From NCBI GenBank assembly GCA_038207085.1, contig JBBRAE010000004.1:1-64000 (forward strand): 64,000 bases of DNA, read 5' to 3'. The translations under genes were made by a program, and so were the position numbers. Positions 59,572 to 64,000 of this stretch are shown in pieces (the stretch's first letter is position 1; each line of letters begins with the position of its first letter). The notes beneath the pieces were generated by a model. The model was given only the letters and a program-made list of their open reading frames with translations. It did not search any database and was not told the origin of the DNA. This stretch comes from Armatimonadota bacterium (GTDB lineage Bacteria; Armatimonadota; UBA5829; DTLH01).

Positions 59572-62500
59572 CAGCGTGGATCGCCATAAAGCGAAAAGCT
59601 CGCCCAATAAAATGGATGAGCATATTCTCCGTTAGCTGATTTTACCATACTTTCTTGCGCAAGTCTAAGTGAGCGCGCTTTTTGTCCGGTTCTTGCCAAT
59701 CCCTGGTAGAACCCGGTCATCAATCGGGTCGAGCCTTTGTCTGATACCTTCCAAAGCCCGCCGACAAACGTGGGGAACCTCGCAAGCCTCGTGAACGCTT
59801 CGGCCACGTGCGTTGTGGTCGTCGCCTCAGCGTCGGTCGAGCCGATTCCATCGCAGGCCGATAATACTGCAAGACGCATGCCGGGGTTGGTTATTCTCAT
59901 AAAGTCGGCAAGACGAATGACGCCCGCGGGACCAAGGGTGATCGACATATTGGCCGGGTCGGGGTCGGTGGCGTGATGGGTGGCGATGTGGACGATCCCC
60001 GAGGCCGAACACTGCTGCACGAACATATCTGTCGTCGCGTTGGTAAACGTCCTGCTGCCGGGGAAGCAGGCGGAGATCGCTCGGGCTTCGGCGGCGGCTC
60101 CGGGAAGCGCGCTGTTCGGGAAGATCGCGACGTTTTCTTTCCTGGGGGAGATCAGCCCGGCCCACGGCGAGACAAGCCTTCCAAAGGTGTTGGCGGTGAT
60201 GTAGCTCGTCGTATAGCTCTGCAAAATGAAGCTGACCGCGCCGGGTTTCCCCTTGACCTCGCGCGGCAGAGCGTGGAACGGGATGCTCGCGAGCTTGTCA
60301 GGGAGTGCAAATACAAGCGACGTGATCTTTTCGGCCGCAAGATCGGCTGCGATCGGCTCAAATAGCGTGTCTTCGATCGCAAACAGCGGCATAAGCATCG
60401 CCGTGACCTTGGGGTCGGTCCAGTTTGTGACCGGTGGAAGCGCCATCCCCGCGCTCACGCTCTTTTCGATATCAATAACCACGCTTCGGAACTCCTGGAC
60501 GTTTTCGATGACCTTGTCACCCGCGCCCGCGATCTTCCAGACCGTCGCCGAGCGCTTTGTCGCAAGCAGGATGAAGACGTCGGTGTCCTCGATTGCGTAG
60601 GAGACGATCGCAAGGTCAGCCGGGAGCTTTGCGCGGTCGGTGAAGATGCTGACTGCGTCGATCACCGGGCCGCCGAGCGTTCTACTGCGCGTCGGGACCG
60701 AGGAAAATGCAGGGACTTTGGCGATGACCGTCGGGTAGCCTACGGCGATCTTCTGAGGCTTGCCAGGCTCCTCGACGGGCGCTTGAGTGTCGGGTGGAAC
60801 GCTGTCCAAGAGCACGATCACGGACTTGTCGTTAGTGGAGCGAAGCCGCGCGGAAAGGTCGCTAAACCAAGTATACTGGTGGGCGGTGCGCAGGCTGCCG
60901 ATCGCCTCGTCCCGACGGGACTCCCGCACCTCAAGGACGACTAGCTGGGTGTAGAGGTCGACCAGTATCGCGGCATGATCGGGCTCAGCGGCGGGGTTGA
61001 CACCCTCTTCGTTCGCCCACTGCTCGATGCGCTGCACCATGCCGGAGAGCATCCCGATCGCTTGAGGGGTCTGATTGCTCGCGGCCGTGACCTGGGCGAG
61101 CTTTGCGACCGAGTTGGCCGCAGCCCACAGGTCGCCGACCTGATCCACGTAGATAGCGGCGGCCTGGCTTAGGTCGTCTGCTGCGCTGGCATGTCTGCCC
61201 AGGGTCATAAGAATCGTCGCCCGTTCGAAGAACAGGTCCGCGCGGGTCCGAAGATCACTCGAAATCTTGGCAACGTCGATCGCTTCCTGCAGCGACTCAA
61301 GCCCGGTGTTCGGGTCGCCTGAGGCTTTGGCGCTTGACTGGATGTCTCGCAGTATCTGGATGGCGATATCAAACCGGCTCGTCTCGCGGGCGATGGTCGC
61401 GGCAAGTGTGCGGGAGACGACTGCGCCGTGGTGGTCGCCGATGGAGTCCTGGTTGTCGGCAAGTCTTCGAAGCACCCGGATGCGGTCATCGGTCAGCTTC
61501 ATCGCCTCGTAGCCTGCGGCTGAGGAGTTCAGCGTGTCGATCGCCAACTGATAGCGTTCAAGAGCGGCGTTTGCGGCGGCGCCGGTTTCAGTCACCCTGA
61601 GCAGCCGAACACGCTCCTCGGTCGGGATCGAGGGCTTGGCGAGCTTCACTGCGGCGTCGACGCCGGTTTGCGCGAGCCTGGAGAGGATTTTCGTGCGCTC
61701 GGTGGTGGCCTGGTTTGCTCTCGGGCCTTGACCTGTCAGGCGGCAGACCTGAGAAAGCGATGCAAGAATGCGCGCGCGCAGAAGCGGGTCATAGGTTTTG
61801 GTGTCGAGTGAGGGCTCCGTAAGGAGGCTTCGGGCCTCGTCGTTTCGGCCGTTGTTGATGCAGAAACCTGCGACCTCCAGAAGCAGCTGCGCGTGTGACT
61901 CATAGCTGCCCCACTTGGTGTTTGCATAGTTGCGGCTGTAGTCGAGTCCTCTGAGCATCTGGGCGAAGGCGCGGTCTTTGCCGAGTTTGTGAAGCGCGAG
62001 GCCTGCGTTCACATACTGACGTCCGCACAGGTCGCCTCTCCCTGCCGCGAGCCACTTTTCGGCCGAATGCACGTAATTATCTCTTGCCGAGTCGTAGCGC
62101 CCGGCTTCTTCGTCGAGTCGTCCGAGGTCCTGGTAGACCCTCGCGAGCTGGGAGCGCATGTCGTAGGCCGAGAGTATAGAGCGGGCCCGTCCGTAGAATA
62201 GCTCGGCGTCGCGGTAGCGTCTGGTGGCGTAGAGGTGGCGTTCACCCAGGCGTGTGTCGACGAACGCGGCGGACACCTCCATGCGCAGGTTGTGGAGCAT
62301 CGACTCGCACGCGAGCAGGTTTTCGATCGACTTTGAAGGGGAGCTTGTCTCGATCCCCTTTGCGGTTCGAAGTTTGTGCCGTGCGTCTGTGATCGCCTTG
62401 ACGGTTTCGTCGTCGGAGTCCGAGGGAAGCGCCTTTGCGCCCCAGGACGCCGGTCCGAGTTCGGAAGCGGCCCAGATGACTGAGCGGTCTGTGCTTGCAG

Positions 62501-62843
62501 AGATAAGCGCGCCGGCGATATCGTCGAGGCGATCGATTCCGGGGTCGAGCTCCCAGGACTCGGCGGCCCATCGGTAAAATATCAGATCGAGCGCGAGTAG
62601 CCTCGACTGCTCGGGGTTTGCTTTGGTGAGCCTGGCGGCTTCCGGTTTGAGGTTTGCAGCCGGGGTGGTAGAAAGCGTCTGCAGGATCGCGGGACCGTCG
62701 ACTGGGGAGGCGTCAGCAAGTGCATGCGCGCAAATTGCGCACACCCACAGGGCCAAGACCAGAACCAGTAACTTTCTTTTCCCCAATGTCCTCGCTGCCG
62801 CTTCCTGAGCACTCGTCACGTTGGGCTCATCTATTCTACGCAC
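59571..62843 (-). CDS. TPR-CHAT (caspase-like) protease with predicted signal peptide
   Basis: KRKLLVLVLALWVCAICAHALA; TPR arrays; LASIPFHAL, VHIATHH, VLSACDG, LWKVSD, HPFYWASF. Confidence 0.9.
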   Translation of the reverse strand: MRRIDEPNVTSAQEAAARTLGKRKLLVLVLALWVCAICAHALADASPVDGPAILQTLSTTPAANLKPEAARLTKANPEQSRLLALDLIFYRWAAESWELDPGIDRLDDIAGALISASTDRSVIWAASELGPASWGAKALPSDSDDETVKAITDARHKLRTAKGIETSSPSKSIENLLACESMLHNLRMEVSAAFVDTRLGERHLYATRRYRDAELFYGRARSILSAYDMRSQLARVYQDLGRLDEEAGRYDSARDNYVHSAEKWLAAGRGDLCGRQYVNAGLALHKLGKDRAFAQMLRGLDYSRNYANTKWGSYESHAQLLLEVAGFCINNGRNDEARSLLTEPSLDTKTYDPLLRARILASLSQVCRLTGQGPRANQATTERTKILSRLAQTGVDAAVKLAKPSIPTEERVRLLRVTETGAAANAALERYQLAIDTLNSSAAGYEAMKLTDDRIRVLRRLADNQDSIGDHHGAVVSRTLAATIARETSRFDIAIQILRDIQSSAKASGDPNTGLESLQEAIDVAKISSDLRTRADLFFERATILMTLGRHASAADDLSQAAAIYVDQVGDLWAAANSVAKLAQVTAASNQTPQAIGMLSGMVQRIEQWANEEGVNPAAEPDHAAILVDLYTQLVVLEVRESRRDEAIGSLRTAHQYTWFSDLSARLRSTNDKSVIVLLDSVPPDTQAPVEEPGKPQKIAVGYPTVIAKVPAFSSVPTRSRTLGGPVIDAVSIFTDRAKLPADLAIVSYAIEDTDVFILLATKRSATVWKIAGAGDKVIENVQEFRSVVIDIEKSVSAGMALPPVTNWTDPKVTAMLMPLFAIEDTLFEPIAADLAAEKITSLVFALPDKLASIPFHALPREVKGKPGAVSFILQSYTTSYITANTFGRLVSPWAGLISPRKENVAIFPNSALPGAAAEARAISACFPGSRTFTNATTDMFVQQCSASGIVHIATHHATDPDPANMSITLGPAGVIRLADFMRITNPGMRLAVLSACDGIGSTDAEATTTTHVAEAFTRLARFPTFVGGLWKVSDKGSTRLMTGFYQGLARTGQKARSLRLAQESMVKSANGEYAHPFYWASFSLYGDPR

Positions 62844-63032
62844 AAGTCAGACTGTTCCGTTACATTATACAGCAAACAGCAGGGTTGGGCGTCCCTTTGC
62901 TGATGGGCCGATTAGACTCTTCTATTATATCTGACGATTGCTCTTGGGGGAAGGTTGCATTTTGAATCGTGACAACACTGTGGACGTGGACGGGCTTTTG
63001 TGCTAATCTTTTGTGTGAATTGCAGACCATGG

Positions 63033-63146
63033 GGTTTTCGGCAGGTGAGTTTGCCGTCAGTCATTCAGATCGAATGCCGAAAACCGAGTTCGACTTTCGG
63101 GTGGAAAACAGCTCGTATATACGTTAAGTCATCTCCCGAAAGTCAA
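63033..63146. repeat. 114-bp tandem double-hairpin element, copy 2
   Basis: ggttttcggca/tgccgaaaacc plus gactttcggg/cccgaaagtc. Confidence 0.75.
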
Positions 63147-63166
63147 AAGGAAAGTGAGCATTCCCT

Positions 63167-64000
63167 ATGAGTGAAGTCTTCTGCCCATCGGCCACGCCTA
63201 TGTTGCCGTCTGAGATCGTTCGCAGGCTCGAAAATGGCGGCCCCGAAGTGGACCGGTATCTGGGGCAGGATATATATGTCAACACCGACCCGGATTATCT
63301 CGCGCGGCAGCGAAGCCGGCTTGCATATACTGTCAAACTGCACATGGAGCGCGTCGGGGACAAGCCTACGATGCTGGTTCGAGCGCCCGGCAGGCTGAAC
63401 GCGTTCCTCGAATACCTCGATATGTGCGCGGGGGACCATATGTCGACTACGATCGACGGAGATATTCTGGTAGCGATCTCCCCTCGCGAAGACGGGGTAC
63501 TGAACGTCTTCAATTCAAGCAAACTCTTTCCCGAAGGCAAGCTGAACGTTGCAAAAGAACTCGCCAAGTTCACCAAAGCCTCATGGGACAAGTATGAAGG
63601 TGAGCTTGAGGACAACTGGGACAACCGCACGCTCGTCTATCCCCATTATGGCAGGGCGCAGGGCAGTTGGCTGAACTATGTGCTGAGCCCGTATCTTCGG
63701 TTCCTGTGGGATAACCCCGGCTTTGACCTGCGGGGCGTAGATATGACATTTGGACCGGCGACTGCGCCATTTAGGGCAGGGACGAGTTCGTCCTCGGCGA
63801 TTGTCGTGTTGTCGTTTCTCGCGATGTACCTGACCAACCGGGACCGGCTGCCAGATTACACCTCGCAGCAGGTGTGCAAACTCCTCGGGGAGGCCGAGTG
63901 GTACGTTGGGACCCACGGCGGGGCGAACGACCAGACGACAATCCTGCGAAACCAGGCGAACAGCGTCGTCTACAACCGCCACTCCTTGCCTGATTTGGAT
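63167..64000 (+). CDS. GHMP-family sugar kinase (galactokinase-like), runs off the window end
   Basis: Not in the ORF track; hand translation from ATG 63167 is open for 278 codons with RAPGRLNAFLEYLD, PFRAGTSSSSA and EWYVGTHGGANDQ. Confidence 0.85.
   Translation, partial: MSEVFCPSATPMLPSEIVRRLENGGPEVDRYLGQDIYVNTDPDYLARQRSRLAYTVKLHMERVGDKPTMLVRAPGRLNAFLEYLDMCAGDHMSTTIDGDILVAISPREDGVLNVFNSSKLFPEGKLNVAKELAKFTKASWDKYEGELEDNWDNRTLVYPHYGRAQGSWLNYVLSPYLRFLWDNPGFDLRGVDMTFGPATAPFRAGTSSSSAIVVLSFLAMYLTNRDRLPDYTSQQVCKLLGEAEWYVGTHGGANDQTTILRNQANSVVYNRHSLPDLD

Noticed and set aside
58528..62843. Type III-E CRISPR Craspase locus
   Set aside because: No Cas7-11, Csx30/Csx31 or array in the window.

Overview
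A 64-kb chromosomal window of a GC-rich, probably anaerobic bacterium. The S8 protease C-terminal 'FYIEESDRSSGIRV' domain and an H-X9-DG remnant suggest Armatimonadota (inference). The left end holds the 3' part of a group II intron with an in-frame-deleted RT, apparently inserted into the left terminal repeat of a decayed IS21 element (istA broken by TAG, intact istB, one passenger ORF). Next is an unannotated ~380-nt promoter-to-terminator unit that folds into a long G-U-rich rod. Housekeeping genes follow: uvrA-hicBA-uvrC, acyl-CoA dehydrogenase-etfB-etfA (ferredoxin-fused), pepF, nrdR-nrdJ with NrdR boxes, a TrmH-family methyltransferase, E1 alpha/beta, marR-iscS, pepA, a Cache-HAMP-PAS-PP2C phosphatase, mnmG, an MFS transporter, ahcY and a truncated GHMP kinase. 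The most unusual items are: (1) an apparently catalytically dead GH78 rhamnosidase fused to a ~410-aa RNase E-like charge-block disordered tail; (2) the structured RNA/small-ORF unit at 4.0-4.4 kb; (3) a ~1,870-aa B12-radical-SAM/methyltransferase/TPR/triple-glycosyltransferase fusion; (4) an exported TPR-CHAT protease translationally coupled to an insert-bearing ECF-like sigma factor; (5) a Cys-tailed MarR with a perfect operator heading iscS; (6) several intergenic hairpin-repeat families, one a shuffled modular mosaic. No CRISPR array, rRNA or tRNA was seen. All calls come from reading motifs by eye; no database searches were run.
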